A stretch of DNA of 64,000 nucleotides from Antedon mediterranea (GCF_964355755.1 NC_092674.1:15624001-15688000); one strand, 5' to 3'; counted from the stretch's first letter, positions 13,601-27,334 are shown. A program made the numbers and translations. The notes: a model not told the origin generated them from the letters alone.

Positions 13601-16600
13601 AAACGATATATATATATCTGAGTGTCATCAGCGTAAACATGATAGCTAAGATTATATTTCTTAATGATATCACGAATAGGATATACATAAATTGTAAACA
13701 ATTGTGGACGTAACACAGATCCTTGCGGAACAGAGTAATTTAAAGTGGTAGGTTGAGAGATTACCTCTCTAATACAAATGTGTTGAGGTCTGTCCGCCAA
13801 ATATGATTGACACCATCTTAGTGCACATCCCTCAACACCAATAGAAGCATGCAACCTCTCAATCAGAATACTATGATCTACCGTATCAAACGCAGCACTC
13901 AAATCAAGTAAAATTAAAGCAGTTACTTTTCCAACATCCATCGCACGAAGTATATCATTGCTAACGCGCAGCAGTGCAGTTTCAGTAATGTGATGTGCTT
14001 TATACGCTGATTGAAACGGGTCAAGTAAAGAATTATCCTTTACATGTGATAGTATACGTTTAGATACCACTTTTTCAATTACTTTTCCAAGAAAACACAG
14101 ATTTGATACTGGTCTGTAATTGGATAGCTTTTCATGATCAAGACCCGATTTCTTTAATTGAGGACGTATGTGCGAGATTTTACAAATATCTGGGAAAACC
14201 CCAGTTTCCAAAGACAGATTAACGACACGTGTAATTAGTGGAACAAAAACAACAGCATTTCTCTTAATTAACAGAGTAGGAACTGGATCAAGACTGCAAG
14301 ATTTAGCAGGCGAGTTTTTGACAATTTCAGAAATTTCTTTTTCACTTGCAGGTTCAAATTTACAAAGGGAAGGACAATTATAATTTCCACAGCATACGTC
14401 GTTATTAAAGTAATGAGACAAACTTCCAGCACTATCTTTAACAAGAAGTTTACGAATATTAACAATTTTATTTTTGAAAAATACGGAAATTCTTTCTGCA
14501 AGCAACTCATCTGAGTGAGAAAATGGAAGCACCGACGATTTAGAACAGTGTAAAAGATTGTTTACAACTTTAAACAGCTTCTTCTGATCACCTGAGCAAT
14601 CTTCGACCAGATCAGAATAATATTGTTTCTTAGCACTTTCAACAAGCATATTAACAATACACCGGTGATGACAATATTTCTGTCTATTAGGTATTTTTTG
14701 ATTTCATCCATTTTCTCTCAAATACGCGACGGAGTTTCCTCGCAGATCTAATTTCATCAGTATACCACGGTTTTGAAGAATTTAGTTTGATACATTTTGT
14801 TTTTAAAGGTGCGTGTTTATCCATAACTTCTCTTAAAGAGCAGTATCTTTCAATATTTTCTTGCAAAGTACCATCATGCATATTAGACAACCGAGCTTGT
14901 ATGTCATCTGAAAATATTGTTGTATCAATACTGTTTATATTTCGGATTTTAATTTTAGATTTAGGAAGAGGTGGTTTCTTGAAGTCAAGACTACAAAGTA
15001 TAGAAAAATGATCAGAGATACCCGGTTTTACAGTGATCCCCGAGATCAGAGAAACATCTCTAGTAATAATGAGATCAAGACAATGACCACCATCATGCGT
15101 AGGTTACATGCTGTATAAGATTGAAAGACTGCAATAGACAATTAAATTTATTTGCAGCGATATTCTCATTTTTATCAATGTGGATATTAAAATCCCCACA
15201 AAAAATTACTTCTGATGGAATAATGAGATAATCAAAAATCATATTTTCAAATTCATTAAGAAAGTCGGTGACAGACAAACTCGGTGGTCTATAGATGCAT
15301 ACAATATAAATTGTTTTTGTAATATAAACAGTTCCATACATTGGCAAAAAACTCTAAATAAAAACAAAACAAAACGTTATCATTGTCATATTATGAACTA
15401 TCATGAACAAACATGAACATCAGAAATGTAATTCAAACAAAAAAATATTCAAAACCACCTAAACAGTGCACTGAAGTATATAGTAAGATACGTAAATAAA
15501 CACTAATGTCAATTGGTATTACTAGATTAGAATTCATATTCATCAATTTAACCATGTGTGGAATTGGAATAATATGGTATAAGATATCAATTTTCTTCGA
15601 ATCTTAACTTAGGTAACTAGACGTAGTGTAAATCATTATATTTCAGCTCTGATTTCTTTTTTGGGGATTAATTTATCAATAATTATTGTGTAGGCTCTTT
15701 TCGGATCCGTTTATGGCTGATTGCTAAAGTAGAGTAAGCTGGATGCCAGATCGGTACCGGTACATGCATATTTAAACAAAACCTGTAGAAATACAGTACA
15801 AATTTTGAACTGACAAAACAAAAAACGTGTTAAAGTATAAGTAGGAATAATGTACCATAGGATTATCATCAATGTCAAATCTAAAGTCAAGTCTAAGGTC
15901 AAATTATATTTGTTAACCAGTCTTATCAAATAATGGGTTGAGAATCCAGACGCAAATTAATTGCCTATTATTATGTTGTGGATGTATGATGTGAACTCGG
16001 CCGTATAGGCCTAAACTTACCGGTGTGGGTACACGAATGTTTATTAAAAATTCCATTTGTGTTTCCATCGATGGCTCTACTAGCAGCACCACCAGCGTCA
16101 CGCGTCGAACTTTGTTTAGCTTCTATAATTCGAGTTACCGGTACTAATACGCTCTCTGAAATAATCGGATACAAATGCATTCAATTGATAGAAAGAAGAT
16201 AGAAAACTTATGTTAAAAACTGTTAGTAGGCTATTTTTTCCCATTTAATTAATTTATTTAAAACAAATATTATTGTTTATTATTGAAGTCAATTAATGGT
16301 ATGAAGGTGTTTTGTGAGTATTCTAAAATATACATTCTGCATTTAAATGTTTAGTAATCACTAGCACTTTGATTATTAAATTTTTTCAATCAAGAACCGC
16401 ATAGTTTGAATATGAATTTGTGTCTTAAGTAAATATTTTTTTAAATATGGATCATTTCAAATTTAATGAATTTTAAGGCAATTATTTATTTATATATGAG
16501 CAAAACGTACTCTGATCATAAACAGTTAAATGATCTAATGTTTTTTGAATTGAAATTTATATTTATACTGGGTAACCTCTTCAGTCAAAGACTGGTCTCC

Positions 16601-18551
16601 CAGAGGGCCCAGTTGGTGATCAGTGGCTGTGATGTACTAATACACCGGGGTAACCCCCTACTCGTCTCGAAAGATGTACTAGGTTCTTTAAAGTGCACAC
16701 GAGCTAGATGTGTACACTGGACCTACGGTTTATAGTCCTTATCCGAGAAGACCCGTTCTACCACCAGAACCATGGAGTGAGTGAGCATCGAACCCCTGCC
16801 GATGTTATGGCTACGTAATTACGGTTCCACTGTCTTAACCGCTCGGCCACTCACTCAGTTAATGTTAAATGATTTAAACTGTAATGTCGTTACCTGTGGC
16901 TGGTCCGTGAACAAAACTTATTTCTCCCTCTTCCACTCCAAATCCATTTTCACCGATACCTACACATAAGTACAAGAAATGAAAAAAGCAAATCAATGAC
17001 ATGGTATAAAGTAATGTAAGTTTTGTACTAACCCTTTGGCTCAGACAGAGTGATATGGCCGAGCGGTTAAGGCAGGGGCGCCGTTTACCGTATCTAAAGA
17101 GCCAACAACAACATCGGCAAGGGTTCGAGGCCGACTCGCTCCTAGTTCTGGTGGTGGAACAAGTCTTCTCGGATAAGGACTATAAACCGTAGGTCTAGTG
17201 TACACAGTTATAACCTGTGTGTACTTTAAAGAACCCAGTTCATTATTCGAAAAAGAGTAGGGGGTTACCCCGGTGAACTGGTTCACACAATAGCCCCTGT
17301 ATCAGGAGGATTACCACCTATCTGATAGGACAGTGATTAATTCACTATTGGTAATCCTTGGCCACATTGCCTAAAGACATAAAATGACGACTGACCAGCC
17401 AACCGACCGACATAGTGAGCTGTAGAGTCGAGTTGCACGCGACTAATGAAATTCATCCGCCGAAAGAGGCGCGTCTAATATAATCTGAAATGGTTATGCT
17501 GATGACACAACTTATATCTAAAGCGACACATTTTAGAATGTTTATGCATTCACGGTTTTTAAGTTCTCAAATATTAAAAACTCTTACTTACATTCGTATG
17601 TTACTTGTAGGTACTTGTATGTAGAGACACATGGGTCACCAAACACACTATTACTTGCGTGGACATTACATGACGACTGACTCTGACAGAACTGGTTAAC
17701 ATTTAAGACGGATGAAGTTGCAAGACACGAAGTGCTAGGTGGCTTTGAGATGGAGGCGTAACATCGTTCACTGTAAGACACGGAGCGTCCGTAAGCAGCA
17801 GAAATCACATTAATCTTTTCATTCCCACAATTTATCTTCAATGTACTGCCCTCACAAACATATTGAGTAACAATTTCAGCATCTGTAAATATACAAATAT
17901 TATATTTATCACAAATTCAATTTATTACATAGTTGTAATAACAGGGACAGTTGTATAGTCTGATTAAAACCATAGTAAACGTACTTCAACAATCCAACCC
18001 ACATCAGCGTTGGTGCAAATTATTAGTTTAGGATATTGTAGATTGGTTTTGTGGAAGTTGCTTATATTATTTTATCTTTTTTTATTATATCTTTTTTTAT
18101 TTTTTTGGTTTGTATGATTTGTATATGGATGTACGGTACTATCCGAAATCAAGGAAATGAAAGAATGAATGAATTACGGTCAAACGCATACGCGTGGCTT
18201 GAAACTTATGTTGCTTATAACAGATAAAAATATTAAAAACACCAACACATTCTCACAATTACATTGTCAATATCAAAAATGGGTAAAATATAAAGAAAAA
18301 TAAAAGAACATGGACATTTTAAAATATTTTCAATGGTAATGAACGAATTATATAACGTGTGGAGAATATCCAATGGGTAAATGAATTGAGAAACTTTATG
18401 TAAAAGAAAAAATAGTAGAAATAGATAGTTATCAACTCCAAGAAAACATATAGAAACAAAAATATTGTTATGATATTGAAATTATTTAATGCAAATACTC
18501 ACTTGCTGTGAAGAAAATTGCTAAGAGGTAGAGAGAAACAGTGATCTTCAT
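7670..18551 (-). CDS. Secreted chimeric lectin: signal peptide, SUEL/rhamnose-binding domain, linker, two F-type (fucolectin) domains. Exons 18551-18503, 17882-17592, 16959-16894, 16155-16021, 12071-11976, 11414-11205, 10834-10706, 10557-10462, 10056-9844, putative last exon 7680-7670
   Basis: All introns are phase-1 GT-AG and the exons join in frame. Signal: MKITVSLYLLAIFFTA. SUEL motifs: CEG, AAYGR, FGDPC..TYKYL. F-type motifs twice: QSST..A.RAIDGN..SC.HT..NPWW..NR.DCC..RL..LT.CEVE. The last exon (GIW*) is less certain, since read-through would give GRKKQR* at about 9824. Confidence 0.88.
8297..9800 (+). mobile_element. 5'-truncated, decayed non-LTR retrotransposon (RTE-like RT) with (TATG)n tail
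   Basis: RT motifs NYRGISI, QFGFR, AYDHIPR, GCRQGG, LYADDL, FVYLG, with in-frame stops and frameshifts. Ends in a hairpin followed by a TATGTATG tail. Confidence 0.85.
11720..11890. mobile_element. Inverted-repeat remnant resembling Penelope pseudo-LTR ends with degenerate hammerhead-like motifs
   Basis: An approximately 95-bp imperfect palindrome (11741-11836). Each arm reads CTAAGGA-stem-GAAACGT, one base off the hammerhead core CTGANGA...GAAA. Confidence 0.5.
12183..15315 (-). mobile_element. L2/CR1-group LINE ORF2 (partial APE endonuclease plus RT), decayed
   Basis: Motifs IYRPPS, GDFNIH, ISDH, NYRPVSNL, LDLSAAFDTVDH, VPQGSVL, YADDTQ and GDRAFTVTAPRLWNALP. L2-type 3' end gcgccttgag...gcgctataaaaat plus (TTA)n. 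Contains frameshifts. Confidence 0.92.
12715..13021 (-). mobile_element. tRNA-derived SINE with Deu/Nin-like core, inserted in the L2 LINE
   Basis: A box TGGCCGAGCGG, B box GGTTCGAGGC, core ctcggata..ggactataaaccgtaggtcc...gagtagggggttaccccggtg. Near-identical to 16555-16858. Confidence 0.85.
16555..16858 (-). mobile_element. tRNA-derived SINE with Deu/Nin-like core
   Basis: Near-identical copy of 12715-13021, with A and B boxes. Confidence 0.85.
17047..17380 (+). mobile_element. tRNA-derived SINE with Deu/Nin-like core (different subfamily and tail)
   Basis: tggccgagcggttaag, gggttcgaggcc, and the shared core gtcttctcggataaggactataaaccgtagg. The 3' boundary is approximate. Confidence 0.75.
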
Positions 18552-18607
18552 GTTTGCAACAAACTATTATACGGTAACGATTGATGAGATCATTCGATGG
18601 TTCGTAC

Positions 18608-18616
18608 TTTTATATA
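18608..18616 (-). promoter_or_regulatory. Candidate TATA box of the lectin gene
   Basis: TATATAAA on the minus strand about 57 bp upstream of the signal-peptide ATG. Confidence 0.45.
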
Positions 18617-20217
18617 GTTGCAATAACAGTTTATGAGTGCATGCAGTATACAAATATTGACCCACAAGATAATTCAGATAAATTAGAAATGAAACTCAAA
18701 CAATTCAATCAAAAAGTATCAGGGAGCTCAGATACGAAAACACAAAGTACGTTATCAATTGTACAACAAGCAATATTTGATCGGACAACAATAAGATTAA
18801 ACATTTATTTTAATGAATATGAAAGTCAGAGAAAGAATATCTTAAAAATAATATTGGTACAAAACAAGATTTATAGGCCTAAACTATAAAACAAATTACT
18901 AAAATTCGGTTATTCGATATTTCGAGACTGTTAGTACAGTACACCAACTCTTTTGTCTTAATCATATTCACTATTTTACTCATGGTTAATCTAAACTAGG
19001 GCCTACATTTACATTTTTATTCCAATACAATTTTACCTTTTGATGCCCTCTACTACATTATTTCTCTCTTCATTTGTATATTACAATTATGTACTTTGAT
19101 ACTATTGTTGTGCATTTATTATTGAAATGTAGTTGGTCTTTATTCCAAATAACCCAGTTACTGTGGCATAATTGATAACGTATTTACATTCTCAACATGC
19201 AATAAAACAATGTTGATTTAAATACAATATTTGAATACAGATTCTTATGTTGCAAGTTTGTTTTGTGCGACATACCTATGCGTAGGCCAACCGTAGGCGT
19301 GATTGATATGATCCAATAAATGAATTAATGGATATTTTATGGTCATGTAGTTCGGAAATAATCTGTGCTACTTGAGGTGTCTCATGCTTGCATCGTGGGT
19401 TGAAGATAACATCGATATGTACAACTCATACCAGAACACGTGTAATTGTACGGTTTTTGAATTTTTTGTTAATTAACCGTTTTCACGTGACCTCCAATGT
19501 TAACACTAATAGTAACAAATGTTGAAGTACATTAATTAAGAAGAACAACAAAGTATTGATTTTAACATACAAGGTTAAATCAAAATTAAATTTCATCTAA
19601 TATTACTCTTAACATTCATATAAAATGTTCAGCAATATCTTGGAAATCCGTATCTCCGTGAAAACAGCGTCAAATATTGTGTTTAGGCCCTATATGCTCT
19701 TAAGAAAAAGGTGACTATGTTTATAAAATTTGATTTTGAAGTTCAGAAAAGAATAACTTCTTACATAATATTAAATAATGATGACGTGTAACAACATAAC
19801 AATTAGTATCATTTCATATGTTATGATATCTTGTCTAGCCCATGATTGTTGGTAATGTGTCTGATTATAACACCCACGTCATCGGATGTATGATTAAGAT
19901 TGCATTATCTTGATAACTTGTGTACATTCAGTCACACGTGGGCCTATAATAAGTTATCGCCTGTTATTCAATTGGTTTTACCTACTGTAGGTTATAATTC
20001 ACAGCGTTTGATGACGTTATTGTTCATTTTGGAAATAATCCTGGTAAAAGATTTTATCTATTATATATGTCCACATCATAACAAAATCGCTAATATAACA
20101 TAGATTGATGGCGTACAACAAATATAACAAAGTATATTATAGATTATAACAGCTTACAAGGGTATGCCTACAACATGTTAAATAATAATAATAATAATAA
20201 TAAAATATTATCTTGAA

Positions 20218-21454
20218 TCTATATATAAATTATGGTTAATTCTGACATAGGCGAGCACAATGCAAAAACTTCTCTACAAATCTCCGCCTTGGATACCTAC
20301 CTTATCTATCCGAGATGTACCGCGAAACGTAGATTTGATAACATTAGTGTGCACGCCGACGCTATTGTTCCATATTTATATCTTAGGAAGATATTATAAA
20401 GAGTTTTTTAACAACATTTATGATTTCAACATTGGATTTTCCTCTCAATTTCAATTCTTCCCGGTCAAAGTAATTTCCGGGTTTAAGATAAGTTCACCTT
20501 ACAACGACCTGGTTTCAAATATTTTCTCTCATTTAAACACAAGGGAGCAGTTAAAATAATAGATTTGACCCTAAAGGTGACTGGAAACAGGCACTTTCCA
20601 TCAATCAATACAGTGTCCCTTTGGAAGATGAAAAAAAATCAGAAGTTGGCCATTAGTCATAGCCATTTCAGTTTTTTGTTTATTTTAAAACATACCACGC
20701 GTGTGTGAAGGTACAGTAGTTAAATTATACTGCAAATTAATAAAGATCAAATTTAATATACGTCATAAAGAATCAGAATATATTGTGGGGAATAGTATTA
20801 TAAAATTACATAGGGAGATTTGATGATAAGACATTTTACGAGTGAAATCCCGATAGCTGAGTTTTATTGAGGAAGATTGCAGGAATAACTGTAGGCTATC
20901 TTCCTGTGTCCCGTTAGGACCGAGATGTCTGCCCATGTTGCAAGCCGTAATGTCTTCTTTCTTGGGGCCCACTCTGTTACGGCAGTTTCAAAAGATGATT
21001 AAATTAAATAATGTATTAATAATTATTAGGATGGTATTCATTTGAATAAACGCCTCTCCAATAAAACATCACTTTGAATAATAACCCCCCCCCCCCCACT
21101 CACATTTGTTATTCTTTTTTACCACTTTTCATATCTACTGTATTAGAGGATTTCATTTGATTATAAATGTTACCATATTATTAAAACTAAAAAATTTAAC
21201 ATATATCCCTCGAATAAGCACCTCCCTCAAATGACCTCCGCCTCCCCAAAGGGCCCTCCAAACAATAAAAACTATACTTTAAAATGTTATTAATCATCTA
21301 AAACACTGTGAAACAAAGTAGTTTAGTTTTACGAATGTCAAGCATTTTCAATAATGGTAACCGACAGAAAACGTATAAGGAGAACATTATCATTCCGAGA
21401 ACCATCGTCTACACTTCCTAGAGGGGGAGCGAGCGAAGCGAGCTCACCCTCTAG
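20218..21454 (+). mobile_element. Non-autonomous Helitron
   Basis: Starts A|TCTATATATAAA and ends gagcgagcgaagcgagctc...CTAG|T. Both ends resemble the element at 24250-25243. Confidence 0.7.
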
Positions 21455-23274
21455 TTGAAAATAATTGTTATACAACGGTCAAGCGTGACGATCAGGCAAC
21501 CAACTAACAACGGCTCATTCAGAACCAGAGTTTTTCGGAACTAGAAATAAATGCCATGTGTTGCGTCTGGTCAGATGAAAGGGGGTACCCGTACATTTAT
21601 AGATATTGTGCCACTGCACAATAATTAAAAGATGAAGATGTTAGCAAAATGACCAGGTACAATTAATTAACATGCAGTGCTTGTTAAAAGCATGGAATGG
21701 TGAAGGGATGTCAATGTACTGGTGTATATGTCTTGAGCTGTTTAATGTTGCACACCATGTTGTGTTATGTTCCTCCTGTGCTTGGAGTATGACTGTTGTT
21801 GATGAAGGATTCTGGTGGTGAGAGGATGCATTACCCATACGGGGAATGCATCCTCTCACTTACTGATTTTGATGTTGGAAGTGAATGTTGGGATGTGTCT
21901 GTACTCACATTGGTCATGTATGTGGCATCGTTGTTTAGTCTAATAGTGAATCTATCTGTCTGACGGCTTAGTTTTATCTACTATGAACTTGTCTTGATAA
22001 AAACATAAGTAATAAAATTCGTCCTAAAAACCCAACCCTCTAATTAATCTCTATCAAACTAACAAAGATTGTCAAGTAGAGAATTATTGCAACCCCCTAG
22101 GCAATACCCTCAATACAATCCCACTGAGCCATCCAGCTCGTCGATTCAATCGGGTTTTAATTTGTGTATGAATGAATAAAACATATACGTAAGCATTTTA
22201 ACTGACCAATCAGCATGATCCGAAGACGTTGCTTCCGAAGACATGCCGAAGATTACGTTCTTTGTGACGTCACAGGTACTTTAAATAAAATGATAACATT
22301 CACTTTTTGGCTCAGATATATACTGTTTCGTATGTTTTTTCAGCGTTTCCAACCCCTTTGAACGCGTTCCATGCGATACAATGTCAAAATGTTGGCTACA
22401 ACATACATATCTCTGGCATTTTTGGTCATTACATGATAGTCTCTCTACGAAAGTTTTAGTTGTGTACAGCCCCACCTACCGGTGGTTCCAGGGACATTGC
22501 GTCAAGTGATCCTTGACAGTTCGTGTTACGTAATTTCCCAAAATATGTGATCCAAGTATAAATGATTTAAATGTATAAAAAACAACCATAATAATATGAT
22601 ATTTGAATACTTGTGTCTGATATCGAGCTTGTCAAGATCGTTGAGGTATTTGTTCAATTATAAAGTTAAACGGTCGAATTAATTTAAAGTAGGCCAAGTT
22701 GCATTACGAATGACCGAATTGAGAGGCAGCGGGGGTCGGTTTACGTCGTAGATCGAACGTAAACGATTTAAAGGTACAATTGCATTACATGAGCCTACCT
22801 GATCAATTTAAAAAACCGCGTTTGAAAACAAGTTTTCACTCCAAAGTAGATAAATATAAGTTCTACAATTGTAATTAATAATGTCCTTAGTAGGCCTACT
22901 GTATATTTTAGAAATCAGCTATTGAAAAGCTGAAATGTTATGATAATTATTTACAGTAGTATGAGACAAATTGAAACCAACCGCTCAATCACGCCCTCAG
23001 GCTATCAATAAATAAATATATAGACATATGGGATATCAAAATGCCCGCAATTGTCTGGGAAGGATTTAAACTATATTTGAATATTAGTAGCCTAGGACTT
23101 TTTAGTATAACTTTCAGACCTGCTAGTGTTAAAAGATAGGACAGGATTTTCAAAAGCCGGCGAACAGTCTTAAAGTAATAACAAGTAAACTGGAATTGCA
23201 TTTTCTAGAGAACTGCTTGTTCAAAAAACTGTGATTTGTAATTTTAAAACATAATTTGATTTAATTTACAGGTT

Positions 23275-23867
23275 TTTACTCGGGGTACCCGAGTCTAGGA
23301 CTCGCTCATCTTCTCTTCCTCTTCCCCTACTTCTTCCATCTGGACACTATTGTTCGTACTTCAACCGGATGCAGAATTATGACGTCATAAACATGGTACC
23401 AATAAAAAAAAATTGCGATTTATAAAGTACTACTCCTCCCTTATTCGTTGTAGTATTGAGCTAGGATTTGTCATGGGTATACTACAGGGACATGTCCTTA
23501 AAGTTATAGAACCGGATTTTTTAATTTCAAACCGGATGCAGCCATATGACGTCTCGAAGATGGTACCTTGGTGGCAAACGATTTTCGTCGTAATATAGCC
23601 GTGTTTGGAGAATCTTAAGAATATATACAGTAAAACCTATTTATGATATTGTGACGTCACTTTTACTTCAGGAAATAGCAAAAAATCAGTTTGAGATTTC
23701 ATAATTTACCGTAATTATGCCATTTCCGGTTATGTGACGCAACTTTTCGGAATATAGCCGTATTTGGTAGCGAGGTTATTGATGTGTATGTGACGTTACA
23801 TCCCGTCGTGACGTTACATCCCAGCTTCTTTTGCTGTACCCCGAGTATCGCACATTCGTGCTTGTTT
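23275..23867 (+). mobile_element. Helentron-associated (HINE/DINE-1-like) non-autonomous element
   Basis: 5' subTIR TACTCGGGGTAC after a T-run, internal CT-rich tract, 3' subTIR GTACCCCGAGTA, then stem-loop GCAC-ATTC-GTGC and TTGTTT. Confidence 0.7.
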
Positions 23868-24049
23868 AATACGAGTAAACGAAAAAACCTATTTCTTTTA
23901 AAATTCACCCGTTGGTTTTAGTCAAATGATACTATTGTTAGTTGAAATGCTGGTTACATAACCATTACACCAAATTCACATACACATGCTTGTAGTAAAA
24001 TTAGCCTAAATCACACACAGCATTTAATTCACAGTATATAATAATTCAC

Positions 24050-27000
24050 AGAAATCATCTATTGAACAACTCAATAATACAGGACATTCAAGTAGTTAGA
24101 CATGTGTAAGGGTACAGTTATTATAGAACACAATTAAGAGCACATATTTTAGACAAATCTAACAAAATAATTTGTTGAGAAACCATCTAATAGACAACAC
24201 AACATTACAGGACATTCAAGTAGTTAGATGTGTAGGGGTACAGTTATTACCTATATATAAATTTACGTAAGGGCAAAATTCGGTAAATCGCGCGTTATTT
24301 CTAGAATGTTTAGGCCTACTCGATGGTATATAAAGTTGGTTAGAATCTCGGTACTGATTTTAACCACCTGATGTAACCCTGTTTACTAATTAAATTGAGT
24401 TAGATAATGAGTTATTGACAATTAAAACAAATTTAGGTTCAACGATTTGCCCCAAATAGGGGTGTTTTCCGATCGTGGTATACACTGTTTAATGCATGTC
24501 CATCGTGAAAAATACCCGCATACAATAATACGGGGATGCTTCGCATTTTCCTATCTCCTCCTACGATAATTGTTTTTAATAGCTGAAAACCGGTTGAACA
24601 GCTCGAGTACAACTAGCATCAAAATGTTGAAGACATGCCGATTTTCTTTAAAAAATTCTATTTTGATAGATTTAATATACGTTTATACAAAAATGTATTG
24701 ATTTGCAATGAATGGAACATTCCAACTTATTCGATTTAACCATACTTGCATACCTCCATGGTTTAATACAAGTAGGTAAATTTATGGACCCTTGTAGAAT
24801 AAACATAAATAGTATTGTAATGCTATACAATACTGCAAATAGGTATTAATCACTTTTGATCGCCATTTGAATCAAAAGTGTGTTGGTACTGTTAGATATA
24901 ATATAAACAAAAATACTAATAAACTTTATTACTGTGAGTGTGGGTAGCTCCTACTTTTAGATTATAAACACATAATAATATAATACTTTATTACTGACAG
25001 TTGCTTCTCAACGTTTGTATTAATTAATAATTACAAACATTTTAAAATATTATTTTGTGACAAGTTTCTAGGTGCTAATTTTGATTGACTACACAAATCA
25101 TTGTGTCTATTTATTTGTTTCTGTAAACGACAATGTTTTATAGTCCTGCGGTACGTACATTTGAAATCGTCAGTTTTGTTACGCTGAAATTACTATGTAT
25201 TCGAGAACCATCTGTACGCGAGCGAAGCGAGCGTACCATCTAGTAGAACACAATTTAGAGTACATATTTTAGGACAAATCTAACAGTACAATTGGTTGAG
25301 AAATCATCTATAGAACAACCTAACAATACAGGACATTCAAGTAGTTAGAAATGTGTAGGGGTACAGTTATTAAAGAACACAATTAAGAGTACATATTTTA
25401 GACAAATCTAACAGTAGTAGACCACTAAAAAATATAGAACATTCATGTAGTTAGACATGTGTATGGTGCAGTTATTATACAACACAATTAAGAGTACATT
25501 GTTGTAGTTTTATCTATTTGTAGGACAACATTAAACACAGCAATGTAGTTAGTTTAGTTGGTTTGTTTTAGGGCAAAATAAAACACAGGAATACAGTTTA
25601 GTTTAATTAGTTCGTTTAGGACAAAATTGAAAAGAAATGCAGTTTAGTTTAATTATTTGTTTTGGGCAAAAATAAAACACAGCAAGTCTAACAGTACAAT
25701 TGGTTGAGAAATCATCTATTAGACCACTCAAAAATACAGGACATTCAAATATTTAGACATGTGTAGGGGTATAGTTATTATAGAACACAATTAGAAGTAC
25801 ATATTTTAGACAAATCTAACAGTATAATTGGTTGAGAAATCATCTATAGAACAACCCAATTATAAAGGACATTCAAATAGTTAGACATGTGTAGGAGTAC
25901 AGTTATTATAGAGCACAATTTTTTAGTTTTGTCTTTTGGTTGTAGAGAAATTTAAACACACCAATGCCGTTAGTTAGTTGCTTTAGGACAGAATTAAACA
26001 GAGGAATGCAGTTTAATGTTGTTAGGGCAAAATAAAACAGCAAATCTAATAGTGAAATTGGTTGAGAAATCATCTATTAGACAAAACAATTATACAGGAC
26101 ATTCAAGTAGTTAGACATGTGTAGGGGTACAGTTATTATAAAACATAATTAGGAGTGCATATGTTAGACAAATCTAAAAGTATAATTGGTTGAGAAATCA
26201 TCTATTGAACAACTCAACAATACAGGACATTCAAATAGTTAGACATGTGTAGGGGTACAGTTATTATAAAAAATAATTAGGAGTGCATATGTTAGACAAA
26301 TCTAAAAGTATAATTGGTTGAGAAATCATCTATTGAACAACTCAACAATACAGGACATTAAACTAGTAAGGCAAATGTAGGGGTACAGTTATTATAGAAC
26401 ACAATTAGCAATTGGTTTTAAGACACAATTAAACAGAGCAATTCAGTTTAGTTTAGTTGGTTGTAGAACAACATTAAACAGGGCAATTCTAGTTTAGTTT
26501 AGTTGGTTGTAGAACAAAAACTTAACAGAGAAATTTAGTTTAATTTAATTGGTTTTAGAACAACATTAAACAGAGCAATTCAGTTTAGTTTAGTTGGTTG
26601 TAGGACACAATTAAACACAGCAATTTAGTTTAGGTTAGTTGGTTTTAGAACAAAATTATACACAGCAGTTTACTTTAGTTTAGTTGGCTGTAGAACAAAA
26701 ATTAAACACAGCATCTCAGTTTAATTTAGTTGGTTGTAGGACACAATTAAACACAGCAGCTCAGTTTAGTTTAGTTGCTTGTAGGACACAATTAAACAGA
26801 GCAAATCAGTTTAATTTAGTTGGTTGTAGAACAAAATTAAATAGAGAAGTTTAGTTTAGTTGGTTGTAGGACACAATTAAACACAGCAATTCAGTTTAGA
26901 TTAGTTGGTTGTAGAACAAAATTAAACACAGCAGCTCAGTTTAGTTAAGTTGGTTCTAGAACAAAATTAAACAGAGCAATTTAGTTTAGTTGGTTGGAGG

Positions 27001-27290
27001 ACACAATTAAACACAACAGTTCAGTTTAGTTTAGTTGGGAAGAAAGAAGTTGGGATAAATCATTTATTGAACAACTCAACAATACAGTACATTCAAGTAG
27101 TTAGACATGTGTAGGGATACAATTATTATAGAGCATAATTAATAGTACATTGTAGTTTTATCTATTGGTTGTAGGAGAAATTTAAACACAGCAATGCAGT
27201 TCAGTTTAGTTAGTTGTTAAGGGCAAAATTAAACAGAAGAATGCAGTTCAGTTTAGTTGTTTGTATGAGAAATTTAAACACAGTAATGCA
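24050..27290. repeat. Composite tandem repeat region: about 128-bp units interleaved with about 45-46-bp units
   Basis: Recurring aggacattcaagtagttagacatgtgtaggggtacagttattatagaacac (26101 to 26229) and gtttagtttagttggttgtagaacaaaattaaacacagc (26461 to 26507). Confidence 0.85.
24250..25243 (+). mobile_element. Non-autonomous Helitron inserted in the 128-bp repeat
   Basis: The empty site cagttatta|tagaacac is reconstructable from neighbouring repeat units (A/T insertion, no TSD). 3' end is acgcgagcgaagcgagcgt...CTAG. 5' end is CCTATATATAAA, a TC-to-CC variant. Confidence 0.8.
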
Positions 27291-27334
27291 GTTTAATCAG
27301 TAATTATTATTATATTATTATTTTTTATTTATTA

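Noticed and set aside
18581-18889. 102-aa plus-strand ORF
   Set aside because: TTG start, overlaps the lectin promoter, no recognisable motif.
21640-22000. Possible decayed retroelement coding fragment
   Set aside because: There is a compositional hint only, with no motif I can name.
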